The translations under genes and the position numbers were made by a program. Below, one piece after another: positions 25,268-38,134 of a DNA stretch of 64,000 bases. The DNA comes from Camelus dromedarius. Lineage: Eukaryota. Where the stretch lies: assembly GCF_036321535.1 (NCBI RefSeq), contig NC_087437.1:45012001-45076000 (forward strand), given 5' to 3'. The number at the start of each line of letters is the position of its first letter. Position 1 is the stretch's first letter. The notes beneath the pieces were generated by a model. It saw nothing but the letters and a program-made list of their open reading frames with translations, ran no database searches and was not told where the DNA came from.

Positions 25268-25637
25268 TGCTATGGGTTTAATTGTATTTGTTCCCACCCT
25301 AAAAAAATCCTAACCCCCAGCACCTCAGAATCTGACCTTATTTGGAATTATGGTAATGGCAGATATAATAGCTCAGGTGAGGTCATACTTAAATAGGGTG
25401 GGTTCCATAGTTCAACATGACTGGTTTCCTTTCAAGGAGAACAAGGAATGCCAAAAGTTTCTAGCAAACCATCAAAAGGTAGGAAGAGTCCAGGAAGGAT
25501 TCCCCTATGCATGTCAGAGGGAACACAGCCTTGATTTAGACTTCTGGCTCGGTACTGCGAGAAAATAAATCTCTGTTGTTTCAGTCCACCCACTTTATGC
25601 TAGTGCTTTGTTTCAACTGCCCTAGGAAGCTAATACA
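25268..25637 (+). mobile_element. MaLR solo LTR, MLT1C-like with internal deletion
   Basis: tgctatgggtttaattgt, gaccttatttggaa, aaggaatgccaaaag...aaaccatc, aaataaatctctgttgttt, ends gccctaggaagctaataca. TSD cctga/cctgg. Confidence 0.88.
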
Positions 25638-28600
25638 CCTGGTCTTCCGTGTAACGCTGATGGATTACATTTTTTTTTTTTTGATTGCAAATTTTGTACA
25701 TTTTTTTCCTGCTTCTTTTATCTATTTTTTTCTCCTGGTTGCTTATAAATCCTAGGGAAAAGCCACCTTCTTAAAACTGGAGTGAATGAAAATCTTTAAC
25801 CCTTTCCTTCCCTGACATCAAAATTGACAGTCTGTATCAGGCATTTTATAGTTGATGGCATCCAGTGTGGTCAAATTATTCCCATGAAGGTGTTCATAAA
25901 TGATACTCAGTAGGATATCGTGTCCTTCCTACCCAACATTTGCATTTCAACAGAAATCTTGAATGTATTTATTTTAAAATGTTTCTCAAGTTTTTTCATT
26001 TTTAGCTGTAGTCTCTCTCTCTCTCTATCTTTTTTTAAATCTGTAACAAAATTTTGTCTGGAATCTGAACACATAAAAAGTAAGCCAAGCATGGTTGAAA
26101 CCGGTATAGGAAGCATGGAGTTTCACTTCTTAATTTTTTTTCCTGAATTGTGTCTTCTCATCTCTTGAGGACACATCAATGAATCCCAGAACCTTAGAGA
26201 ACAGAGTTTAAAATGTGTTGTAAAAGGAGGATTATTGTGAAGATTTTAGGCATTAAGGAAAAGATTTAGGGAAAACAAGTTCAATTCCAGACAGTCAGAT
26301 TTTATCAGATAGATGAATGGTTAGCAGACTCAAACATGAAGGATGAGAAAATCTGACCAAGTGTTTTAATGAATACATGAAAGTATATAAAATTAGAAAA
26401 GTGAAAAGGATTTTTTCCTAATTAGCTAGATGTCATATATATCCATCCTTTCCTCAAATGAAAGATGCTAATGGAACAATGGCTGCTCATGTGCCAAGAG
26501 GCAGAATTGGGAAAGGTTCTTCAGCAGTGGTCATGTTCCTGGCAAAAGCAACAAAGCAATGTGCATGTTTGAAAATCTAATTCATTGTTTCAACTGCTGG
26601 CATTATGCTCCCTTGGAATGAGCTCAGTTGGTAAGCATTTCTTAAAAATGCAGACATGCTATTTTTAATCAAGGTCCTAAAGAATACCATACAGAGCCGT
26701 GAGTTTTATGCATTTAGAATAAATAAATCTATTCTGCTTAATTATATTAGAACAAATTCAGCCAGATAAGCTAATTCTAATGATGTCACACATTTTTGTC
26801 TACAAGTAAAGACATTATCCATGAAATACCTAATTGCTTTTTAATTTGCCCTAAGAAAGGAAGGAATATAGGTAATCACAAAACAGCCTGATTTAAAAAA
26901 AAAAAAGTATTTGTGTTTGCTTTTATTTTTATTTTTTTAATGGAGGGGAAAGACAAGCATTTACATTGTCTCTATTTTAAAACATGGATCAAGTCCGTAT
27001 ATAGCATGTTTGCTTTTAGATCAAAGCCACGCCTTGTTTCAGAGCTATTTTACTTCCTTACTATCAACCTGGTTATGATTACTTTCTCCTCATTCATTTA
27101 GCGAACTCATCTTTACACCACTGTCTTGTCTTTCTTCTTCTCAATGTTTTGTTTTGCACATTTATTTACCATTCTTCTATTAAGCAGGAGCTTAAGAAAC
27201 CCTGGGGAGCACTGCTAATGTTAGATGAGCTGGGTGTGGACATGCATGCAGACCTACAGGCATCTGTGAAATGTCTTCTAAGGCATTTGTATTTGTTTAG
27301 GTTTACAAAAATCAGGTAAATTTCTCTTTGTTATAATAGTCTGATTTTTCTATTTCTTAGCTGAATTCTTTGTTTTTTAAAGAAAATTTTTAAAAATTCC
27401 ACAAAATCATCCACCAAGCTGCTGCCTCGTTGCCCTCAAGGTTGCAGGCATTCCAAGCTTTCCATCTAGGAAACTCACCATGCTCTCAGGACTCGCTGCC
27501 CCAAACTGAGGCGGAGGAGGTAGCTGGGATAATAAATTGCCCATATATTTCATCAATCCCCTAGATTTTCTTCTGCCCATTCCTCAGTGTACCCTTGAGC
27601 TCCCTCCAGGGCAAACATTAAATTGATTGAATGTCAAAGATTTCTGAGTGAGAACTGTCTGCTCCAAATCCAGTGGATTTTGACAGTCACTCCTAGTTCT
27701 GAAGTGGCCTAGAGCCCTCCTTTTTTCTCACCTATTTCAGTTAATAAATGCCTTGGGAGCAAGCAGAACAAAGAGCTCTTTTGTTCTCCGGCTGCCCTAG
27801 GAAGCAATTGCAATCCCTATAGGGAGGAGGTTATTACTGCTCAGGAATCTGAGAAAAACCAAACTATTCATTTTTTTTAAAAAATTCAGGACATGGGACC
27901 ACAAGGACCTGGATTTTTCCTATACTGCTTACCATAGCATAATATATATATATATATAATATACATGCTAATTATTAGATAACTGAGTTTCTAGAGTCCA
28001 TATTCAATCATTCTAATACCCTCTCAAAATAACTCAACATGACTTTTCTTTCCAACAATATTGTACTTGAGCCCCACCACTACTTTGTCTCTCAAACTGA
28101 GGATTTCACAGATGGTCATAAGCAGTGTCTTATTTGGGACTGGAGAAAGCAACTCCACGTTGTGGTAGGTGAAATTTGGACTCTTGTTCCCATATTTTCA
28201 ATAATAATGTAAATATTTAGGATTAAATTTTTATAAAATATTGACAGAAAAATGAATACCTTTATGGTCACTGTCACTCAAATTTTATAACATTCTCTTT
28301 TGCATGATGCTAAATTAAATGGAAATACTATGTTTACCTCAAATCACAGCAAAACATTTGTAAATTGTCTTAAACCCATTTCACCTGCTTATCGTCACTT
28401 AAAATATCAACATGGTACAAAGGATTTATTTTATAAATTTAAAAATAACACATTCTCGGGAATATTCAAAAAACAAATTGAGTTGAAATTGACTTTTTCA
28501 TCCTCTCCTAGAAATAACAACTGTAGAGAAGACCATCATCAAAATTAATTTGCAATAATGTGTATCTTTGATGCTATAAATGCATGAAATACATTAAAAA

Positions 28601-28899
28601 AGCTAATTGAAGTTTTAAAGACCACTTGCAAGGTTCAGCTCAGGTATTTTTCGTATCAAATAAACAGCATCTGAGCTAGAAAAGGAATCAGGATGAGACA
28701 TAGTAATAAAATTCTTACAGATTTAAAGGGCATATAATCCTTTAAAGAAGAAAGAAAAAGATTTTGAAACACAGTTAATTAGAATCTATACAAATCGTAT
28801 CAAAGGAGTTACAGTACTAAAACGTTTCAAAGTAAAAGTATTCGCTCCTGGAACTCTAGAAATAGGAGCATGAAGAAATGAGTATTTTAGTACAGCTCA

Positions 28900-30230
28900 T
28901 TGTAATGTTATCCTCCAGAGTCTGTACTCGCAATTATTCTTCAATCTCCTTAAACTCCTCCAAGTGACTCCCTGGCTAGAAGTACGGCAACATGACAACT
29001 GCCCGCTGAAAATAATCCACAAGGCTGGATCGGAAAAAATAACAAACCTGTTAATCAAATCCTCAAAAACGAATCCTCTGGAGCTATAAGATGAAGAGGA
29101 CGTGAGCTTGCTCATGTAAGGCCTGTGGGCCTCTGAAAGCAAGTAACCTTGAAATTCAGTTTCGATGGATAAGCAAGGGTGTGAGGACCAAGAGAAAAAG
29201 CCTATGCTCAACACAAAGATAAAGCACAAACAGGAGAGCTCCTTCCAAAATTGGAACCTCAAAGGGCTACAGTCTCAGTGAAAGAATGAACTAGAGTGAA
29301 AGCCACTCTGAAGAAGGGAAAAGCCAGGAAGCTGGAGAGAAATAAGTTTATTTACTATTTAACTTCCTAAGGAGTGGAACAAATAAAACCTTAAGCTAAA
29401 GGAAAGCAAGTAGAAAAAACCCATGAAAATGTTAACCAGAAAGATAGAAAATAGAAATAGAAAGCCCCAAACTGATGACAGGAATAAATCCATATACACT
29501 AGAAATCACAGTAAATAGGTAAAAACTCCTAATAGAAATGGAAACGGTCAAAAAGGATTTAAAAGAGTGCTACATACTGTTTATGTGAGTGGTACCTAAT
29601 TCCTAAAGGCAAAAATGTATAAAAGACATGAATGGAAAAATCACAAAATAAAACTAACCAAATGAAGACTGGTGTAGCCATGTTAACATTAGGCAAAATG
29701 GAATTGATGGCTAAAACATTATAAGGAATTAAGAGTACAAACAGTAATGATAAAAGCTTCAGTTCATTATGAGATATAAATGTAAATAAACTTTTTGTAG
29801 CCTAAGGACAATTTAACAAGACACTATAAGGAAAAAAAACTGAGAAATCTACCATCATGTTAACAGACTTGACTTAATGGAGATATTTATATCTCTATCT
29901 AACTATATACATTTATATTCACACATACATATATATTATACATGTACATTTACAAACGCATACATAATATGTGTTATACAGGTGATATACATATATAATA
30001 TATAATTATATATAGTTATAAAATATCTCATTAAATTTTAAAAAGATTTGTTACATGCAAATATTCTTTGATTAGCGTGCAATCAGGCTAAAAATGAGTA
30101 ATAAAAAGAAAACAATAAAAAGCATTTACTTAGGGGAAAAATTACCTTTAGATAATTTATGGGTCAAATAGGAAATAATAATCAAGATTAGAAAAACATT
30201 TAGAATTGGACCTACAAAAATTGTTATACT
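28900..30230 (+). mobile_element. Ancient L1 remnant (5'-region piece plus ORF2 endonuclease-region piece), with a TA/CA low-complexity insert at about 29900-30020
   Basis: ccaaaattggaacctcaaagggctacagtctcagtgaaag resembles old L1M 5' regions. ggtgtagccatgttaacattaggcaaaatgga...gataaaagcttcagttcattatgag resembles L1 EN coding DNA. Confidence 0.65.
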
Positions 30231-32604
30231 GAAAAGCAGCTGATTTATGCCTTTAGCCACTGTTTCTTACAGCTTCCTTTCATAAAATAGTTAATTCTTT
30301 CAGGCTGCAGTGCTGTCAGAGTATTTCCCCAATCTCCCAATCCCTACATATCCTCTGTTTTCTCTACCACTTTCTCAAACACACCTCAAGCCATGAAAAA
30401 AATGCACACACACACACCACCCCACAAAGAGTACACTCTAGTAGAGACACATTATTTTGTATATGTATTATATACGTATTATACATTATGGATTATATGT
30501 TATACACCATGTATTATGCTATATGATTGTTAAGTTATAAATTGCATAACATTACACATATTATACATATATATGTTTATATATACAGTGTATATGGGTT
30601 TGTATGTAATTCTTTAGAATTTATTCATCTGAATCACTACAATAGTACTTATGCTTTCAAGTGGTTATCAACTCTTACTCCTGTCTTCTATCTTCCACGA
30701 AAGACATGATATTTAGTAATACTAAAGGATAAACTGAATAAATATGGGATCTGAGTAAGGTACTGAACATAGGTAAACCAAGCATGAACATGTGTGAAAA
30801 TGTTTTCTTAATGCTTAACACATTTAACTAGGGTTTGATTACAAATTCACGTTTGCTTACATGTTGCAAAGGCAAACAAGGGAACACAACCAATGTTCAT
30901 AAGATAGAAACAAAGCTATTCTGGGGAAGCACAGCTTTGCCCTGATTTTGAGAATAGAGAAAAATGTCTAAAAATGCTATTACAATATGCTCAAAGAATA
31001 TTAAATTATATTCACAGTTCAGTCTAATGTGACAGCTAGTCCACTTTTGTGTGCTCTACTGCAGAGGACAGGCTACAAGAGTGGCTCTCATAGAATCATG
31101 GCTGTTTCTAACAGTGAAATCCCAGAGTGCCTACGGCTGGGTACAGGAAGAAAGGATGATCCACCTTCTTCCCAGGTGCTCTGCAGGGCACTGGTGTATA
31201 CCGTGCAGTGGCTGATAAAGTTCGGGAGAACGGTATTATTTATATAGAGATCTAGAAATTCTAAAGTTAGAGAAATGTTTAGCTTTACTAATATTTAGGA
31301 TAAGGATTATTATCAATGACACCCTCACACTAATCATATTTCATATGGTCCCATGTAAAGATATCCTGAGGGAAGAGGGTATGGCCCTTTACACAGACAG
31401 AGCCTGCAGTGGTGCAGTCCTATCTCAGCCACTTTAAGCAAATAGTGCAATGGCACATCTTTACATGGGTGTTGCCTGTTTATGTAAAGAGTATCTTACA
31501 GAAGTTTCACTAAAAATCAGCTATTTCTCACTGCAATTTATACCCATCCTGATCATTAGGGGAAAATACTATATAGCATAACTCAATACATAATCCAACA
31601 CGTAACTTTCAAAAATAGTTGTAGAAGGTAGCTTAATAAGCTGGAGAAAATAGTAAATATAGTGATTACATATTTAGGCTGTGAAACCCCCTGATATCAT
31701 AAAATATGTGCTATTATTCATCAAAATTAATGAGGGAGGCCTGTGCCAGGTTGCTGGACCAGTGCTGTGAGATGCCCATGAACAGCTTCCTCATCAATCC
31801 CTTCCTCAAGATGACTCCTTCTATGATACACTTGGAACCCTGCAGAGGAGGCCTTCTGCTTTCCTGGTGCCACCTCCACCTTCAGTCTAGCTCACCACTC
31901 CACATTCCCTTCTACCTCAGTCTCACTTTCTCTAAAGTGAGGTTCCACCTTGGATGACAATGTTTGTTAGATGCAAGTGTCAAATCACTGGCTTCTATGC
32001 ATGTCGACACTGCCACAATTTGAATCAAGAGCATCCCTTACCACTAAAACACCATACAAGTAAAATGTTGAAACATTAACACCTTATGAAGATAGACATA
32101 GCAGGACAGTGCGGTTTCCTAGATGAACTCCCTAACAGATTGGACGGAAGGCAAACTAGCAGACTAAAATAATTTAGGACTTTCTATAATATACTGTTAT
32201 GATAGATGATAATTGTTTTTGACAGCTTCCACAGTAAATTTAATTAAGTAATTATTTAATATTCATCTTCACCCATATCTCTTATTATCAGATTGATATA
32301 TGACATAATAGGGACTTATAAAATCTCTGTAGAATAAATAAATTACTTAATATTGTTTGCCATCCTCTGTAATGCCTTTAATCTGTCAATGTTCCTTTAG
32401 AATTTTGATTCCTAGCGTTCAATACAATGGTGCAGATATTTATATGTAGTACAGAAGTAATATACTCTAACTTGAGCTTATAGTCAAGCAAAATCATTGA
32501 CTATTTTTTCTTCTCATAAGGAGTAATATTTTTCTCCTTAGACCCACATGTATTTTTTTCAAACAAATTATTATTTTTACTATAATATTTTCAATACTAT
32601 AAGG

Positions 32605-32925
32605 TTTGGAACCCAGTACTCTCATCCAAAATATAAACTATCTTCCTCAGCTTTGTGATATCTGAAATGCCTGCTATCAAGGTTATTATCCAAGTTGAAA
32701 CTATGTATTGAACAGGTCAGAACTGAGGGCAGAGACTACCGGGTGCAGTAAAAGTCACTTTCCAGTAAGCCATCTGTCCATCATTTAAGACTACTTGAAT
32801 ACAGGCATTTGGCAATTACAAAATTTCCTAATGGCGTGCTCATTCCATCCACATTTACCTGTTATTTATAAGCATGTCAGGAGATAATTTGATAACTATA
32901 TTTCTAGATTCCACATTCAGAACCT
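32605..32925 (-). mobile_element. CR1/L3 LINE RT-region fossil
   Basis: ctatcttcctcagctttgtgatatctgaaat ~ L3 ctatccctcccagctttgtgtcatctgcaaat (reverse of FADDTKLG), followed by tatgtattgaacaggtcagaactgagggcagag and ccatccacattt. Confidence 0.75.
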
Positions 32926-34180
32926 CAAAGACTAGTTACTAAAGTCAAGTAGAAGACTACAGTCAGATTATATTGTTGAGAAAATAGACAATTAACCTGA
33001 AAAACCATTAATGACAACAGCGTGAAGAGCATCACCTTGTATGAAAATATCAAATCAATAATAATGCTGTGAGAGTATTTACTGTTACAGAATTAACTTT
33101 CTCTCCCACCCGAGATCCGTATAGTATAATAAATACTTTTCCACTTATGTATGCATGGCACTTTACAGACATACGCTATTCAGCAAACATTTTGTCTCAT
33201 ATATTCCTTTTATATGACTGTAAAAATTTTTTTTCAATAAAATGAACTATCTTTGGTTGACTGATCTATACCTAGAACTTTCTTTACACTTTTAAGAAGT
33301 GTAGTCTGATTAATCTTGTGATTCTACCATATTACCAAGTTATTTCTCCAGTAGAGAACTCCACTGCCTAAAGTGTGTGCCAGTGTTTGATAGCTCTAAT
33401 TCTTTCCTCTTCTCGATTGTGTATAGTTAAAATTTGAAGGGTTTTTTGTTTGTTTGTTTTTGTTTTTAGTTTTCCAACCTACTAATCTCATACCCTTTTG
33501 AAATGTTATCCTTAGAATCATAGAAACATTTCTTTTAAAAAATGCCCGTATTACTCTAGAGCACACGGTACTTTTTCCAGAGGGTCACCGGAAGCAGTGT
33601 TCTATAGTTAAATGTAGCAAGGTCACTTAATCCTTATTACATTATCAAATATCTCTTCTAGGGTAGTTAGCTGCATCTTTCATTTGGTTTCAGCAACCAA
33701 CAAACTAGGTTGCAAGCACATTAGCCAATGCCAGAGGGAAAGATATTGGTGGAATTAATTTGCCTGGTTGAATGCTTTGTTTTCAAAGCTGCTATTTTAG
33801 ACATCCATAAAATGACTGTTTTCTCCCCACTCCCCATTCTCATTTTAGATCTGGACGCTATTTTGGTTACAGTTAAAGAAAGTGCATTGTTCATAAAATC
33901 TCCTATGCATTGGACAAATTGTTATATTGTGGGGAATGCATAAAGCATAAGTAAATGTTCTATGTTTGCCATGCTTTTGGTTTCACTTCAATAAAAGAGG
34001 ATAAATCCAATAAAACTGTTATTCTTTCCAAGTTCAGGAGTTCTTAAGGCTGAAATTTATTTATACATCAGTTTATTAGGTAGTATGTTTTCTTGTGCTA
34101 CCTGTATATTAAGTATCAGAAAATACCAGAAACACTAATTAAAGTCATAAAGTAATAGGGAAAGTAGCATCTTAGTTGCA

Positions 34181-34650
34181 GTGATGAAGAGAGAAATGGT
34201 AATCAAATACATTAATGAGATGAATGATAATTCTTTTACAGAAAAGAATGAATTTTCATTTCCAGCATGTGAAGAGGATACGCCTATTGAGAACAAAATA
34301 AGAAATATCAAATATCCAAAACTGAATGTGAAGAATAATTGTTCTTATCAGATAATGGCTTAGGTCTTGGTGATAATAACAATGATTCTATTACTGATGC
34401 AAAGAAACCAAAGTAGAGGTGAAAACAGGCTCATCAAATGGCTTCCATATGAAAGGAGGAATCCATAGATTCTTCAGGAGAAAAATGGGAAAATCTAAAA
34501 AAGGAAATGAATGGAGCTTATAACAATGTCTTGAGAGAAAGATTGATATTTTAAAAAGTATTATTATTTTTGGCATCAGATACAGAACTGGCATGATGTC
34601 TTTACAATTTTAGTTCAAATCAGTACTACTAATGTCAAAAACAGACGATA
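34181..34650 (+). mobile_element. Possible decayed piggyBac-like transposase N-terminus (unassigned)
   Basis: Frameshifted translation gives acidic/Asn-rich segments, then ESIDSSGEKW, then YNNVLRER...LFLASDTELA*CLYNFSSNQYY. No TIR or TTAA found. Confidence 0.3.
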
Positions 34651-35024
34651 GGAATAAATCATGAGAGCTTCAAAAACGCTTGTTAAATGAACCAATTGCT
34701 AATATTTTATTCTTCAATGCTTTTACTAATCTTTTTGAAATTTTTTGGCTATATGTCTAATTTACCTAAACTGAGAATTCTTAAATCTATGAAAGTATTC
34801 TAAGTTAGCATACTTTTTAAGGTGCACATATGCTATTTAAAAAAATACAAATTCAAAAAATACAATGTATGCATAAATATGAATAAAAACAAATGTCACG
34901 GGTATGCAGATATAAAAAAGAGACTAATTTTCCTTCTCTCCTGGAGGAAAATAGAAGAACTTATTATTATCCATATGCACTGAAATCATATGGTGTTGTT
35001 CGACCCTTTGTTTATGAAAGGTAG

Positions 35025-35150
35025 CTAATGAATTGTCACTTTTTATGGCTGACTAGTATTCCATTGTATTAATACATACCATATCCTCTTTATCCAGTCA
35101 TACATTAATGTTTATTTCCGTATTTTGGCTATTATGAATAATAATACTAA
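35025..35150 (-). mobile_element. L1 (L1MA/MB-like) 3'UTR fragment
   Basis: tttttatggctgactagtattccattgtatt...taccatatcctctttatccagtca...ttttggctattatgaataat. Confidence 0.7.
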
Positions 35151-35199
35151 GACTGGTATTCAAATTACATGGGCCTGAAAATGCCAAGCTTTTCTAGGA

Positions 35200-35430
35200 G
35201 CTGAGGGTGTATCTATACATGAAATAGACCCTCACCTAAGAAAAGTCCTTATAAAACTTTAGAACAACAAGGGGAAAAGTCCTTAAATGCTCTGGTGGGA
35301 AAAAGCAGACCACCTACAAAGCTACATGCATCCACAATGGCATTATATTTCTCATCAGCACATTGGGTGTCAGGGAAAAAAATGCAGCGAAGATTTCAGA
35401 GCTCTGAGGTCATGAGGGGATTCTGGGAAT
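35200..35430 (+). mobile_element. HAL1/L1ME ORF1-like fragment
   Basis: gaccacctacaaag...atggcattatatttctcatcagcacattgg...ttcagagctctgagg resembles the ORF1 C-terminal consensus. Confidence 0.55.
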
Positions 35431-35759
35431 CCAGTGCCAGAGAGGCCAGAAGCTAGAGCTGCCAGTAAGAGCTTGTGTTCCATATCTGGGGATCCAACTG
35501 AAGTACGTAGAAGCCAAATATTCATCACAGTGATTTGGTGAATTTTGCCAAATTGTGTATGAATTTCGTCTAGGCTAAGTGCATGAAGATTCTCACTATG
35601 CCTTCCTTCAAAAGGTACTAACAAGTAAGGTTTCCAAACCCCAGTAGAGTCTTTAGTGCATGAGAAGCAAAAAGAATCTTTAGTTGATACTCAAGGTCCT
35701 CCATCAACTGATCTCTATTTATCATTCCATATTGTTTGGTTTTAAAAACAATATTCAGC

Positions 35760-36072
35760 TTCCAAAGTACATCACTCTCTCCCTCTTCCATATCTCTGTG
35801 CACTATGTTCCCTTGACCACTTCTCAAAGTTTAACACTCACTTAAAATGTCATCTTCCCTGAGAAGACTTCTGTGATGGTGCTGGTTGAAGTTAAGTGCT
35901 CTCCTTCCTGCTTCTACAGCCACCTGCTATATGTTTCTATCCCAGGACAGGAAACAGTATTTTGGGTCACTGGAGGGCAAGAATGCACCTTGTATATTTT
36001 TGCAATGACAATAATTAGCAAGTTTCTTAGACCTAGAAGATTATAAATAAGTGCTTAGTGAGTGAATGAATA
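35760..36072 (+). mobile_element. L2 3' end
   Basis: aaaatgtcatcttccctgagaagacttc...ctggagggcaagaatg...aaataagtgcttagtgagtgaatgaat. Confidence 0.7.
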
Positions 36073-37080
36073 AGGAAGGGACTGGGCTAATATTTGGGGA
36101 TAAGGGATACTGACAACACTTAGCTGGCGTCTGTTCCAATCTAGTTTGGATTCTCCTTCTTTCAGGTTTTATTGATCCTCTACTATGTGAACTTATTTTT
36201 TCTCTTCCACCAGATCAGCACTGGTGGCTACAAGGCTCTTACTTCTATTTGCAGATCACTCTCCATCTTTAACAACTTAATTGTTTAATTTGCTTTAATT
36301 ACGTTGGCTTAAAATTAATTGATCCCTGTAAAGGTTAATATCTTCCAATAATGCAAATTTCTGACTTAGAACCTATGCTTGATTGCAGCAATTTGCATCT
36401 CTATATTTTCTGTGTTCTGCTAGAGCTCTTTCCAGGACAGGAGAGCCTTTAGCTCAGGCCTTACATTCACAGGACCTCAAATTTAGGCATTTGATCTTAT
36501 CTCTAATACAAACCTTCTAATTATCTAGTGGATAACAAAATTTCATTGCCTTGTTTGTGTTTATTAAATGCATGATTATATTAAATGTAAACATTTAAAA
36601 TATCCCACACATTTTAACTCTAAGTATTTATTCTTTAAGCTACCAGGAAATTCTAAGAATTGAGCATGTGTGTAGTACCTTCTCAGTTGTGGAGAGGCCT
36701 CCATGGTCCTACATGTGTGCTACCTGCCAAAGCTATGCGATGTGCTGCTTTGAAAAGAAGGAGGTTATATTCTACCCATTTAAGTGGGAAGGATGACTTC
36801 CTGTTTGGATTTGATTTGAAAATGCTTTGCTGTTGCATAGTATTACTACATCCCCTGTGTAACTCACTGATACTATCTCATTTCAAGAGTAACTGAGGGT
36901 TACTTGAGTGATCAGTTTATACTATGTGTGGGCATCAAAAGTAGAATTGTTCATATGCATTTTTGCTTACTTCTTGTCTGTCAAGAAAAATGATCTAATA
37001 CTGAAAAGCAGAAAGCAAATATTGGAAAGAAATTAATGAAGCCCAACATAGAGATTGTTTCATTGGAGTTTTCATACAAA

Positions 37081-37096
37081 CACACACACACACACA

Positions 37097-37130
<34 letters not shown>
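37081..37130. repeat. (CA)8 plus (TA)12 microsatellites
   Basis: Read directly. Confidence 0.95.
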
Positions 37131-37369
37131 CACATAGAAATTTCAGAAAATGAACTGATGAAGAGAAAACTCACACCTATACTTTGAATTTCAATCCAAC
37201 ACCACTGGACTCATTCTAGTCTTCCCCATACCATATCATATGTTTCTTCTCTGCTGGTTACTCCAGGTAACAGAGGTCTTGACCACAGGTCCTTCTCCTT
37301 GGTTCTGCCACCATGCAGGCTGAGTTCTTTCCAACCCTCAGCCTATTTCAAAAGGCAGCCAAGGAGGTG

Positions 37370-38130
37370 TTTTGTTTTTTTAAATTAACTTTGGTAGATT
37401 CTTAAATGCTGTATTCCTCAAATTCTGGCATACTTCAGAATGCTTGATTGTTGCCTTTTAATCAAAGGAACTTAGATAAGTGTAAAATTCTTGGGTTATT
37501 TATTTTTTGCCTTAAAACTTTAAAAACAATGGTTCAATAATTGTATGTTTCTTGCTTTTGTTCTCTTTCTCATTTGATTAATCACAGGATTCTTTATTCC
37601 TGAAGTCCAGATTAATTTCACTAAGGCATGTCTTAAGATATTCCCTAAAATATGTCATTTAAGATACGTTTTATACTGCTGTGTATCTTTTTGCCCTTCA
37701 AATTCAAATTTTTATTTCAGGAAAATCTTCATCTATTACATTTTGAAAATACATTTTATTGTTTTCTTTTTCTTTAGAAACACAGTTATGCATGGGTTAG
37801 AATTCATTTGCCTATCCTTCATATGTTTATAATTGTCTAATTGTTTTTATATCTGTGTCTTTTGTCTCTTAGTACTTTGATAGTTTCCTCAGGCTGATTT
37901 GTTTTTAAATTTCTCTATTATTTGTATTTTTTTTATGTATTTGCTGTTGCTTCTGATATGACTATTCTTTTTCATTTCTTTTCTGAGCTACTGACTACTA
38001 TCAGCTTACTTCCCCCCCCCCTTTTTGGTTATCTTTTATGTCTTATTCAGTTGTTTTATTTTTTTTTTCCTTATTCTTTTAGTCTCCCTGTTATCTTGGA
38101 GAACTTTCTGTATTTCTTTTCTATTTTCTA
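37370..38130 (-). mobile_element. HAL1/L1ME ORF1-region remnant
   Basis: gtgtaaaattcttggg, ggattctttattcctgaagtccag, ttttatttcaggaaaatcttc and ttgatagtttcctcagg resemble reverse HAL1. Confidence 0.6.
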
Positions 38131-38134
38131 TGGC

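Noticed and set aside
28897-29262. 121-aa minus-strand ORF
   Set aside because: Antisense to a presumed L1 relic; no recognisable protein features.
31458-31491. 9-bp stem hairpin tctttacat...atgtaaaga
   Set aside because: Too short and AT-rich to exceed chance; not miRNA-like.
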